DNA of 64,000 nucleotides, taken from assembly GCA_964016885.1 (NCBI GenBank), contig OZ024742.1, positions 308,760,001 through 308,824,000 of the forward strand. Direction: 5' to 3'. The position numbers and the translations under genes are program-made. This document shows positions 50,993-61,613 of this stretch, in pieces. Source of the stretch: Eledone cirrhosa (Eukaryota). The first letter of the stretch is position 1, and the number at the start of each line of letters is the position of its first letter. Under the pieces are notes generated by a model. It made no database searches. It saw only the letters and a program-made list of their open reading frames with translations, and was not told where the DNA came from.

Positions 50993-53900
50993 GCTTTCCC
51001 TTCGCTAAGTAGATAGAACAATCTTTACCGATTCTCTTGGAAAGTGCGAAACTATAAAATTTCCTCTTTTGTATTACTTTCTATAGATTTGTGTCCAGGG
51101 GACGATATGGCAACATTTGGTATGTCAGTTATTGAGACAGAGGGACGAAGAGAGGGGGGTGGAGAGAAAGATATATAGAAAAAGAGAGAACCGAAATAGA
51201 GGAGAGTAGAGAGATGAAAATGTAAGACTGAGTAAGAAAGAGGAAAAGAGAGGGGGAGATTAAAATGTAAGAGAGAGAGTGAGAGAGAGGCAAAGTCATG
51301 GGAACGTAAGAGAGGAAGTGACAGAAAGAAAGAGAAAGAAAGTTGAGTCAGCGTTGAGTGAGAGTTGTAAGAATGAAAGAGAGAAAGAGAGGAAAGATAT
51401 GAAAGTGTAATTGAAAAATAAAATAAATATAAAGCCCCTCCCATTTAACGGAAACTTAAAAGTTCACTCGATAATAAATTGTTTTATATGTATACTGATT
51501 AGCTACAGTTGGCAGAGTCAAGTATGTATCTGTGTCTGTGTGTGGGTGTGTGGGTGTGGGTGTGGGTGTGGGTGTGTGGGTGTGGGTGTGTGTATCATAT
51601 TTCATTATGGGTAGTGACTTCTGCATATCTGATTCTGGTTACGTCCGAGTGAGGTGCCTGTATATCTAGCGACATCAGTGAACTCGTCGTTTAAATCGAA
51701 GCTCAACTATCAGATGAAGGGTCATCTGGCTGAAAGATGAGCTAACTGAGTAAATGACACACTGAGCTGTCTGTTGATTAAACAAACAACCAACGAAAGA
51801 TAGTCTAACCCTAAAGTGCTGCCATTTTATCAAAATCGCAGACGCGGAACAACTTTTTATATATACTCATCGATTCAGTAAATTTTTCTTTAATAATTTA
51901 ATCAGAGGATGGATTAATGACCTTGGTCTCTACAAACTCTTCCTGACAAGTGAGATTGGTGCAGGTGATGTTCAGATCGAACACCTGTAGATCGTTGTCC
52001 ACAAGAATAACGTGATTGGAATGAAAGTTTCAGAAAGTTTCAGTTCAGTTCTAAGATGAAAGGATTGTGTAATGGAGGAGAGGACGGAGGACAGAGGTGC
52101 CTATTGTGCATGGGTGAAGGAAACATGCAGTTATCTAGGTTCTGAGGGATGTAGATATGTGAAGAATTACTGAACAAAATGTTTTGTGTGGAAATTGGAA
52201 GCTGAAGCACGGTGATGGTTAATGGGGTGGCGAAGGTTTGTGGAGAGGATTGATAGGATAGTTATTTCAGTGGAACAGATTTCGTTGCAGTGTAATGTAC
52301 CTCCGTCGATTTCGACGATGAAGGTTACAGTTGTTTGATCAATTGAATACCCTTAAAAGAGATTAGCCTGTCGATGGCTGAGCATTCCACAGACACATGT
52401 GCTAGGAGGATTTAGCGTGAGAAAACCTGTGACAAGGCTGGCATTTGAATTACAAGTACAGTTCATCAAACGGGTGTTGAATCAGTGTCCGTCTACCCAA
52501 TTTCACACATAAGGTATATATCGGCAAGAGCCAGTCGTAAATCACACTTGCTCAAGAAATCATGCAGTGAAATCGAACCAGGGGTTTAATGCAGACCTGC
52601 CAACCTCTAAAAACCTAAATGGGGAATACCATGATAAAACGGGGAGAAATGAAGCAAAATGGCAAGAATTTACATAATGAAAGCCAAACCCATTTTCACA
52701 AGAGAAGATATCTCTCACCCACCTCAAAGTTGATGGGTGATATCCCCGTCCGACTGGGAGAGTTGACGTGTTTGTAATGGGAACGAAGCGAACTTCTAAA
52801 CCGTTCAGCCATGCTGCATTCACTCATTGTAGTAGCGGTAGAAGAATAACGAAGGGAGTAGTGTTTGTTTATAAATGATGAGTGGTTTTGTTTAGTGAAG
52901 GAAATATACTTGACAGCTCGATCACCTACTTTGAGAATATTCTCCTGTCCTTGTTAATGAAAGCAATATATGTTTGGCATGATATACCAAATTGTATAAT
53001 ATTATTGCCGTTGTCATTGTTGCTGTTGTTATTGTTGTTTAACCACACCCAGCTTATCCTTGATCTAGATTACCAATGGATAAAGATATTTCCCCTGTGA
53101 TTACTTTTGTTTTTGCTTTTTTGTTTTAGATACAGTGTCCTTTTTAAGAAAATAACATGTATTCTGAGGAATTTCATTTTACAGCTATTTCTAGCGGGTC
53201 GAGCAACCATGTATAGGTTGACTCATGGTTTGTTCATAGTAATGATCGTTGTCTTATAGAGTTTGTATATGATGGGTTACAGGAAGTTACTTTTAGATTT
53301 GTGCCTGATTAATTTCGGAAGATTTTCAGATAAAAGAATGGAAAACAAGGGACAGAAAAAAACTGGGTTAATTGGTGCAATAATATTTTTACGTAAGGTG
53401 GATGTATGACTGTGTGATTAAGAAGGTCTCATCACAACTATTCTATTTCGGATTTATATCTGCAATGGAAAATATGAATAAGATCTTGTGCAATAAGAAA
53501 TAACTACAGATCTAATTGATTAGTCTGCTAGAAATAGCAGGCAAATTTCTATCAAATCATTCAACAGAGACAGGTTGGACCATTTGGTTCTGAAATTTCT
53601 AATAAAACTACGAATAGCCACTTCTCGTACACCTATGATCACAGATTTCCTCTAACATAGGGCTACACAACGACAAAAACAACCAGAGATTTAACGGTTT
53701 GTGTGACAAATGCACTACAAAGTTTTACTACTCTAAGTGTTTGTCCCAAGCCTGGAGGCTCAATAGACTGGTGTTTATCCCGGTTTCATCGGCGTTAAGC
53801 GACAATGATCACAAGACGGCAGTCCATCGCAGGATTAAACCCCCAGCTACTGCTGGTACTCATGTTTCAGCTGACTATGCTGGAGCAACGTGAAATGAAC

Positions 53901-55019
53901 TGTTTAGCTCAAGAACACAACACACCACCTGCTCCAGGAATAGAAACCACCACATTATGATCGCAAGTCCAACACCCTAACCACTCGGCCACGCTCTTAC
54001 TACAATAATTACACGAATTTGAATTGATAAAGTATATAACTGTCAATATTTGTTGTCGTTGTTGCATATTTTATAGTTATTACTGTTGTTTAACTCCAGA
54101 TCAGACTGATCCAGCACACGTATAATCAAAAGCGGTTCATCTATGATCATCGCCTCTTTTTTCCAAGCGATTGTACCACGTTATGACCAGATTATACAAT
54201 ATGTCCCTTTAATTTAAGAATCTGTAGGATGTAATATGAGAGAAATCTGGCTGGTGTATCTCACACGTCAATTAATCGCATAGAAGCTTTCTCGTTAACT
54301 CTTATAAAAACCAGTCAAAAGAGACAATGGGTTGTATAATTTCCCTGTCGCTTTTCAATTTGCTTTCTAAGCAAGACAATTAATTCTTAGATTAAAGAAT
54401 TCTATCTAACTGCAGATATGTATCACAAAGTAATGACAACACTTTGCTGTAAGCTATAATATAAGTACTGTTGAAATATATTTATAGTTGCTAATATTGA
54501 GATCAACTGTTCCTGTAGTTTGTGCTTTGTTGTGGAAAGTGAATCACTAAGATGTCATACTCAATAGGCACTACAAGACAACTAAATCTTCTGTAGTTGG
54601 TCCTACGACCTTAACAAGTGATGCCACTTATTATCATAGCTATAACTGCTGCAGAAAAAGTCAGCTACACGATGTTTGTAAATATATCTCGGCTAGGAAA
54701 AATAAAAGCACGTCTAAAATAATGGAACCGTTGTTGTTGCTGTTGTTTTCATGTGATTTAAGTTGTTTTTCATGGGGTTTAAGGTGTTGTTATTCGTGGA
54801 GGTTTAAGTTGTTTTTGTTGTTGTTCGTGGGGTTTAAGTTGTTCTTTGAGGTGATGAGGCTGTCTACATACTAATAAAGAGTACCAGTGATCGAAGGCTT
54901 TTCTATCATAGTGTAGCGATTCCCGCGAATCAAAGCTATGTAGCGAGCCACTTAAATCACTTCTGATCGATCGGGTATATAATTGAAAACGTTCCCGCAT
55001 TCCCCACTTCCTTTTGGAC

Positions 55020-55360
55020 ACAGCCTGACTCAGTGGTTAAAGAGTTCGCTTTGCCATCATTAGGTCCCGGGTTCTATCCCACTACATGACATCTTGAACA
55101 AGTACCACTTATCATAGCCCCATGAAATCCCATGATTGTAAGTTAAATTGGGTAGACGGAAACTACTTAATAGCCCGTCAAATAGATTCTACATGCAATC
55201 GAGTCAGACTTGTAATACAGTGTCACAATGTGCCTCCCTGAGAATTACACCAAAGGTACACGTGTCTGTGGAATGCTCAGATACTTACACGTTAATTTCA
55301 TTTACAAGCTGCTCTCTTGATTGCCCAACTGGAACACGCATCGTCGAAACCGATGGTGGC
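55020..55360 (+). mobile_element. tRNA SINE (CORE-type 3' part)
   Basis: Box A/B head; 3' part shared with 24600-24745. Confidence 0.55.
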
Positions 55361-55897
55361 CCATTCTATGTATATTTCTATTTGCAACACAGGATTTATT
55401 AAATCTACACATACATATCTTGTGTTTAAGTTATACCAACCACTGATGTAGTTCCTATGTAGTTATTACTCTATTCTAATATCAAAGTCCTTTCCTTTAC
55501 TTTCCTATACAACCAGATCAGCCCTTCTTTAATGTTATTATCAACACTACATATGTTTCACCGACCTCCTATAAGGTTAAATCTCGTAACATGTTCCTTG
55601 AGTGTTTAATGATAGGGGTTTCGGCCCTATAGTGTCCCTTTTCTTCGATAACAGGAATCGGGGTTTGAACTGAGAATACACAGAGCCGGAACAGATAATA
55701 CTGCAAAACACCTAGTTTAACGCTCTGTCAAATCCGCTAATGCGCCGCCACGGACAGATAGTTTATTTATCGATCCCGAAAGGAGGAAAGACAAAGTTTC
55801 CAACGAGCAGTAAAACAATGGCAGAAAGCAGTCGCCCCGACGCTCTAATGACTCTGATAATTCACCACATTTTTTAATAACATTATGCTTTCAAAAT

Positions 55898-56240
55898 AGG
55901 TGGAGGATTAACAGAGTCGTTAGAACGTCGAATAGAATGCTTTATGATATTTGTACCGGCTCTCTCTTCTCTGAGTTCGAATATCTCAGAGGTCAACTTT
56001 GCCTTTTATCCTTTCGAGGTCGAGATAAAAAGTACCTGTTTAGTACTGGGGTCGATTCTTCCTCTATATCTCTTTCTCATTTCCTCTCTCTCTCACTTTC
56101 TATCCTTCTCTGGAAGAAATCTGTTGTACTCAGGCTAGAAGAGGGAAGGGCTCCGCCAGGCTTAAAATGTCCAAGAAACGCCATATGTCAGTACGGTGCC
56201 CCTACTATCAGGAGTTACGAGACCATACACATTCTTTGAC
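55898..56240 (+). mobile_element. Meta-like SINE variant with an alternative tail
   Basis: See 27985-28225. Confidence 0.6.
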
Positions 56241-56482
56241 AGAGTTAACGCTATAATTCAAGGAGTCTTGCATTGGAAACTGCGAAAGTTTGTATCTTAC
56301 TATAATCAATAGTTGTACCTGGTAAGTGATTTAGTGTCAACCGGGAATCAAAACCAGACACACAGACTTTGCTTCTAGAAAGATTTAGCTGTCTCTTTTA
56401 CAACTTACATTTAATAAACTTAATAACATTAGTTTCGGACACATACACCATACGTGTGTGAAGAAAATACGTAAATTGAATA

Positions 56483-56770
56483 GTGTTGTATCATTGTTAT
56501 TATTGTTGTTGTCGTTGCTGTTATTGTCGTTGTTGTTGTTGTTGCCGTCGATGTTGTCGTCATGTTTGTTGTCATGGCTATTGTTGTTGTCGTTGTCATC
56601 GTTATCATTGTTGTTATTGCTCTCGTTGTTGTTTTTGTCGTTGTTGTTGTGGTCGTTGCTGTGGTTGTCGTTGTTTTTGCCGTTGTCATTGTTGTTGGTG
56701 TTGTTATTGTTGTTGTCATTGTTGTCGATGTTGTCGTTTTTGTCGTAGTTGTTGTTGTCGATGTTGTTAA
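56483..56770. repeat. Degenerate (GTT/GTC)n microsatellite
   Basis: Direct inspection. Confidence 0.9.
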
Positions 56771-58269
56771 GACCCGAGTGAACGACGATCAAGCAAGACC
56801 TATTATTAAAAACATTCCAGTCTTGACTATCCTATCTTTTTATATATGGGATTACATTGTCCAATATGTCCCTCCTGCTATAAAACAATAAGATGTTATT
56901 TGAGAGAATCTGGCTGATATCTCTTGCAGGTCTGGTGACCCGGTAAAACTCCCTCACTGACATCAATGTATGACTGCCACACCCAACAAGGGTATTGAAA
57001 GCGCAAGTAAAGATGAAATGCGTCAATCGAGAGTTGAAACCTGTTTTAACTGTTTTCAAGTTTAATTCCTTATCTACCTTATTCGGCATAATTAAACAAC
57101 TAATGCCGGTTTGTTTTTAACTGGTCAGAGGTCCCTCGCCATTAAATTGATCATATTGACAAATAGTAATAAAACCATCTATCAGCGTGTAGCACCATGT
57201 AATAGGAATACGAAAGCACATAGCTATTAGCTTTTGATCAAGATATTGCTAGAGAGGAACAAAGGTCAACTCTTAATATACTTCCTATATATCCTTTAAG
57301 TTCATTTAGAATTCTTGTCAGATTGCTTGCTAGTGAACATCCTATAACTATCGCATCTCATTCAAATAACGCATTCCGTTCGCGCTTCCTTTATCCATTT
57401 ATAATGCATCGACTTCCTATCTATCAAAGAGAATTTCTTCCAATATTTCCAATCTTTCTTTGAACAGATATTCGATTTGTAGCGAAGTAATCCCAGCTTT
57501 CTCCAGCCAATAACTACATTTTTCATAACTTGATTTCATTAACATTTTCTCTATATCACAAGAAGAGCTCTGATAAATTGAAGGAAATGTAGTGAGTATG
57601 TTGGAAAGATGGAGGTTAGTGGGGTAATTTTGAAATGCCTTACTATTAGTATGGACAAACGTGTCTGTTCGCAGCCTGAGTAACCTATGTATAAAGTAAA
57701 TCCGTCTTAGGCCCTTGACATCAATTGCGTTAAAGACATGCGATAGAATTAATTCATAAAATGTCACTCTCGGCCTAAGACATATTGGTCACTAAATCCA
57801 ACACTGAAAACGAAAGTGAAAACTTAAAGAAGATTATTAAATTATATTTCATCGAGGTAGTAGTAAACGATAATATATACTCTGACGTCACTAGGGAAAG
57901 TAGATCACAAGCTATTATAATATCGATTTTTTTTTTTAATTCAAGTAACAATATTTGCTTCAACTCAGCTATGCTATCTTCAACTCGTAACATGTACTGT
58001 TTCACTTCCATTAACGCTCACATAAATATCAATTCCGTCCCCAACCACCACCATTCTTATCATATTTCTATTGTCATTTTAATATCGGATAGTTTACACA
58101 AGTAGTGCCTGATCTTCGACGCTAGCCAGCTACTTACGCGACCATATATTGAATCGACATTATCAATTTAATGAGAAAATATATAAAATATTATATACTT
58201 CAAAAGTTAACTGCTACAAACGCACACACGAACATATATATATATCTATATATATATATATATATATAT

Positions 58270-58707
58270 ATAGTATAAAGAAACGAAAAATCAGTGATGC
58301 ATCTGGACTCAATTTATTGCGTGTTACAATTGTTTCGCCGGCAGGTAACTCGAGACATGGTCCCTGTATGGATCTGACTGATTTAACGGCTGCAGGTTCC
58401 TTCAGACACGGGCAGTTCGTTCGGAGCAAATTTGATCACAAATTGTATCACAAATTTTATCACAATTTGCTCCGAACGAACTGCCCGTGTCTGAAGGATC
58501 CTGCAGCCGTAGAATCAGCCAAATCTATACAGGGACCATGTCTCGAGCTACCTGCCGGCGAAACAATTGTAACACGCAATAAATTGAGTCCAGATGCATC
58601 ACTGATTTTTCGTTTCTTTATACTATCTCCACTCTACTCTGCTGAATATTGAGTGCTAATTTTGGCATACCGCCTATGGAAGCACCATAGCTACCATTAT
58701 ACACAAG
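58270..58707 (+). mobile_element. Fold-back element, family B
   Basis: ~160-bp arms 58270-58432 and 58464-58626; tail near-identical to 33447-33529. Confidence 0.88.
58486..58576 (+). ncRNA. Variant type I hammerhead ribozyme (mirror copy at 58320-58410, minus strand)
   Basis: cgtgt-CTGAAGGA-(t/a)cctgcag...ctgccggc-GAAAC aatt GTA-acacg; palindromic stem III. Confidence 0.68.
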
Positions 58708-58731
58708 TATATATATATATATATATATATA

Positions 58732-59283
58732 TGTAGATAAATCTACCAAGAGTTTACGGTAGTGTCCAATCCGTATGAAGAACTCAATGTAATCCGGATA
58801 TCATGGAAAGAAGAGATGCAATGAAAAATCACTTTCGGTGAAAGATAAACGGAATACAGAGTCAAGATAAAATATTAAAAAAATAATGAATAAAACAATG
58901 AAACAGTTCCTTATATTAAACAAAAAAAGTTCATTATTTAACGATCGTTTCTAGGATATATATGTGTTAGAATTGGCATGCATATTCAACAGATCTATGT
59001 ACAAAATTATACAAAATTATACAAACTATCAAAATTAAATATACATACCAACACATATATATGCCGTCTTCAGAAATAATTATTTCTGAAGACGGCATAT
59101 ATATGTGTTGGTATGTATATTTAATTTTGATAGTTTGTATAATTTTGTATAATTTTGTACATAGATCTGTTGAATATGCATGCCAATTCTAACACATATA
59201 TATCCTAGAAACGATCGTTAAATAATGAACTTTTTTTGTTTAATATAAGGAACTGTTTCATTGTTTTATTCATTATTTTTTTA

Positions 59284-59292
<9 letters not shown>
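58732..59292 (-). mobile_element. Fold-back element, family K
   Basis: Apparently perfect 426-bp palindrome 58867-59292 plus a 135-bp left tail with ACTCtg...atTGAGTTCT. Confidence 0.88.
59080..59225 (+). ncRNA. Type I hammerhead ribozyme with long stem II (mirror copy at 58934-59079, minus strand)
   Basis: ttattt-CTGAAGA-cggcatatatatgtgtt...aacacatatatatccta-GAAAC gatc GTT-aaataa. Confidence 0.8.
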
Positions 59293-59343
<51 letters not shown>

Positions 59344-59371
59344 TGGTTACACAACAGTTAGTTCACCATAC

Positions 59372-59409
59372 CGAGAATAATTGTTTCACCTTAGCGGATC
59401 TTCAGCTCG
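59372..59409 (-). ncRNA. Minimal type I hammerhead ribozyme
   Basis: cgag-CTGAAGA-t cc gctaa gg t-GAAAC aatt aTT-ctcg. Confidence 0.7.
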
Positions 59410-59423
59410 TAATGGGCATGGTT

Positions 59424-59592
59424 ATACGGAACGGATGTGGTAAGATACAAGGTGTACTATAACGCACCAGAGTACTCAATACATAGAGTGGTAGAGTGGG
59501 TAATAGGAAAAGAGTCAGGACCCCGACGGCTGAGTTCGGATCTAGCTGTCGAAACGGCTGGAGCTCGGCCGTCGGGGTCCTGACTCTTTTCA
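59424..59592 (-). mobile_element. Fold-back element, family A
   Basis: Tail on the left; arms gaaaagagtcaggaccccgacggc / gccgtcggggtcctgactcttttc. Confidence 0.78.
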
Positions 59593-59603
59593 TATATATA
59601 TAT

Positions 59604-60073
59604 CGTTTATGAATTTGTTTAGCAAGATTCTTTATCTGAAAACGTGTGTTGAAATCGATATTGTTATAACTTACAATTAAGGACAAAATGAAAACACACA
59701 CACATAGAACAAACAACCAACTAGTAACGTGTAAATAAACAAATAAATAAACAAATAAAAGCACACACAGACACCCGGATGTAACACATGCGCAAACTAA
59801 GCACACAACACACACAAAAACAAGATGGCGTAGGACAGAACAAAGGAGAGGCACAAAACAAAGAAAAGAATCCCCGGTCACTGATGAGGTCACAGAATGT
59901 GTGACGAAAGAACTTTGACACTATATGAACAACAGTCCGGTTGTGGAACCAACCACCCAACCGGAAATTTATAAATATTTTAAATTTATAATTTAATTTA
60001 TAATAAATTGGAGTGAAAGCAACTGGTGCGTGTGTTTCTTATTGGCAACATGACCCTCCCAAAGTATAACAAT
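59604..60073. mobile_element. Family D element (minus-strand tail plus a long inverted segment)
   Basis: Tail at 59604-59670; plus-strand segment ends catgaccctcccaaagtataacaatat-(TA)n. Confidence 0.7.
59877..59919 (+). ncRNA. Variant type I hammerhead ribozyme (family D)
   Basis: gtca-CTGATGA-g-gtcaca gaatg tgtgac-GAAA gaac TT-tgac. Confidence 0.78.
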
Positions 60074-60221
60074 ATATATATATACTTTCGGTAAATATTG
60101 ATGTAACTCAATTCAAGCACTCTACGTACTTTTTCCACATAGGAATGACGGAGTATATTTAGTTGAGAATAAGAAAATAAGAAAGAAGTAGTTTCAGATG
60201 TTAAAGTCCTTTATTGATAAG

Positions 60222-60285
60222 GCTGTGATACATATTTCAATGACGCCAGAGGCCACGCGATTCCGCCATGATCTCATCAGACAGC
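60222..60285 (-). ncRNA. Type I hammerhead ribozyme (element 60085-60400)
   Basis: gctgt-CTGATGA-gatcatggcg...cgtcatt-GAAA-tatgta-TC-acagc, followed by AATAAA and a tail with ACTC...AGAGTGCT. Confidence 0.78.
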
Positions 60286-60397
60286 TTCTTTCATAATAAG
60301 TATACGTTCTCGAGGCAATCCAAATTAAAACGACAAGGGAACGGACAAAGATGATATTCTTGAAGCCTTCGTCCGTTTCCTTGCGAGCCCTAATACC

Positions 60398-60438
<41 letters not shown>

Positions 60439-60442
<4 letters not shown>

Positions 60443-60770
60443 TTTGTTTTGCAAGGTTTTTAATATGAAATCGTCTGTTGAAACAGATATTGTTATACTT
60501 GGGGAGGGTCATATTGTTGTAATAATATTGCCAGAAATAATAACAGAACACACTCACTGTTTGGTTGGTTTTCGCTTCTGTATCTTTTATATCTCTATAG
60601 TTAATTTATTTGGCAATCAACGTTTATCATTGATTGACCAACGGTTAAAAATACAGATATAAATATATAGTCTATCAAAGTTCTTTCGTTGCACATCTAC
60701 AACATCATCAGTGGTACTATTATGTTTGCTCCTGTTGTATTGTATGTCTACGCCATTTTCAAAAAAAAAT
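60439..60770 (-). mobile_element. Family D element
   Basis: Homologous to 41891-42000; (TA)n flanks. Confidence 0.7.
60673..60716 (-). ncRNA. Variant type I hammerhead ribozyme (family D)
   Basis: tacca-CTGATGA-t-gttgta gatg tgcaac-GAAA gaac TT-tgata; stems covary with 59877-59919. Confidence 0.75.
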
Positions 60771-61077
60771 TATATATATATATATATATATGTAGAGAGA
60801 GAGGGGGGTGAACCCGGTATCCCTTGTATTTCAGGTATGCGGAGATCAATTCTCTGAAGTGGTTCCTGGAAACTTTTTACTGTCTCTCGGAATATTTTAC
60901 CCGATTTAGAAAATTTCACATCTCCCAGCGCTGACATATATGTATGCGAGTGTGTGTTCGTGTGCGTGTGTGTGTGTGTGTGTGTGCGCGCGCGAAAAGT
61001 AAACGGAAAGAACAAAGTAAACAAGACAGTACTATGAAGAAATATATTAGTTTAATGCTTGATATAGTAGCAAAAGA

Positions 61078-61113
61078 GTCTATATGTTTCGGACACTAGT
61101 CCTTCATCAGAAA
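61078..61113 (-). ncRNA. Hammerhead core with weak stems I and III (family H element, 60990-61430)
   Basis: CTGATGA-a-ggac tagt gtcc-GAAAC at ATA. Confidence 0.5.
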
Positions 61114-61613
61114 TAAAATATGAAATGAAATATGAAATAGAAAGAGAGTGAGAAGAGGAGGGTATGGAAAAACACTTTTTTGAGAAAAAACACATGTGAG
61201 AGAGGGAGAAGGTAGTGGTTAATGCGCTCACCTAGTATTCGTGAGGAACGACGTTCGATTCCTCGGAGGCGCTTCTGTCCACATTTTTCCGTCACTTGAA
61301 GTATTTTACCAATTATTTTCTCAGCTATTCTTTACCATCATTGACTGATATCCCAACCAATTTCTGCGTTTGTGACGCTCACATTTTCAAATTTCAAATT
61401 CTCCAATCGCTCCGATAATCATAAATTTGTATACATACATTCATACGCACGGAGCTATGTACGTACGTACGTAAGTACATACATACATACATGCGTGCAT
61501 ACATACGTACATACATGCGTACATTCATGCGTACGTACATACATAGGTACATACATACAAAAATTCCTACATGAATACATACATACATGCACGCGTGAAC
61601 ACATACATACATA

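Noticed and set aside
56385-56891. Asn-, Cys- and Val-rich ORFs
   Set aside because: Translations of a (GTT)n-type microsatellite
9194-59292. Interpreting the fold-back elements as MITEs or miRNA hairpins
   Set aside because: Inverted repeats are not terminal (one-sided tail), axes vary among copies and hammerheads are present, which fits PLE-type retro-insertion better
60850-60885. CTGAAGT...GAAAC
   Set aside because: Core mismatch and no stem I pairing
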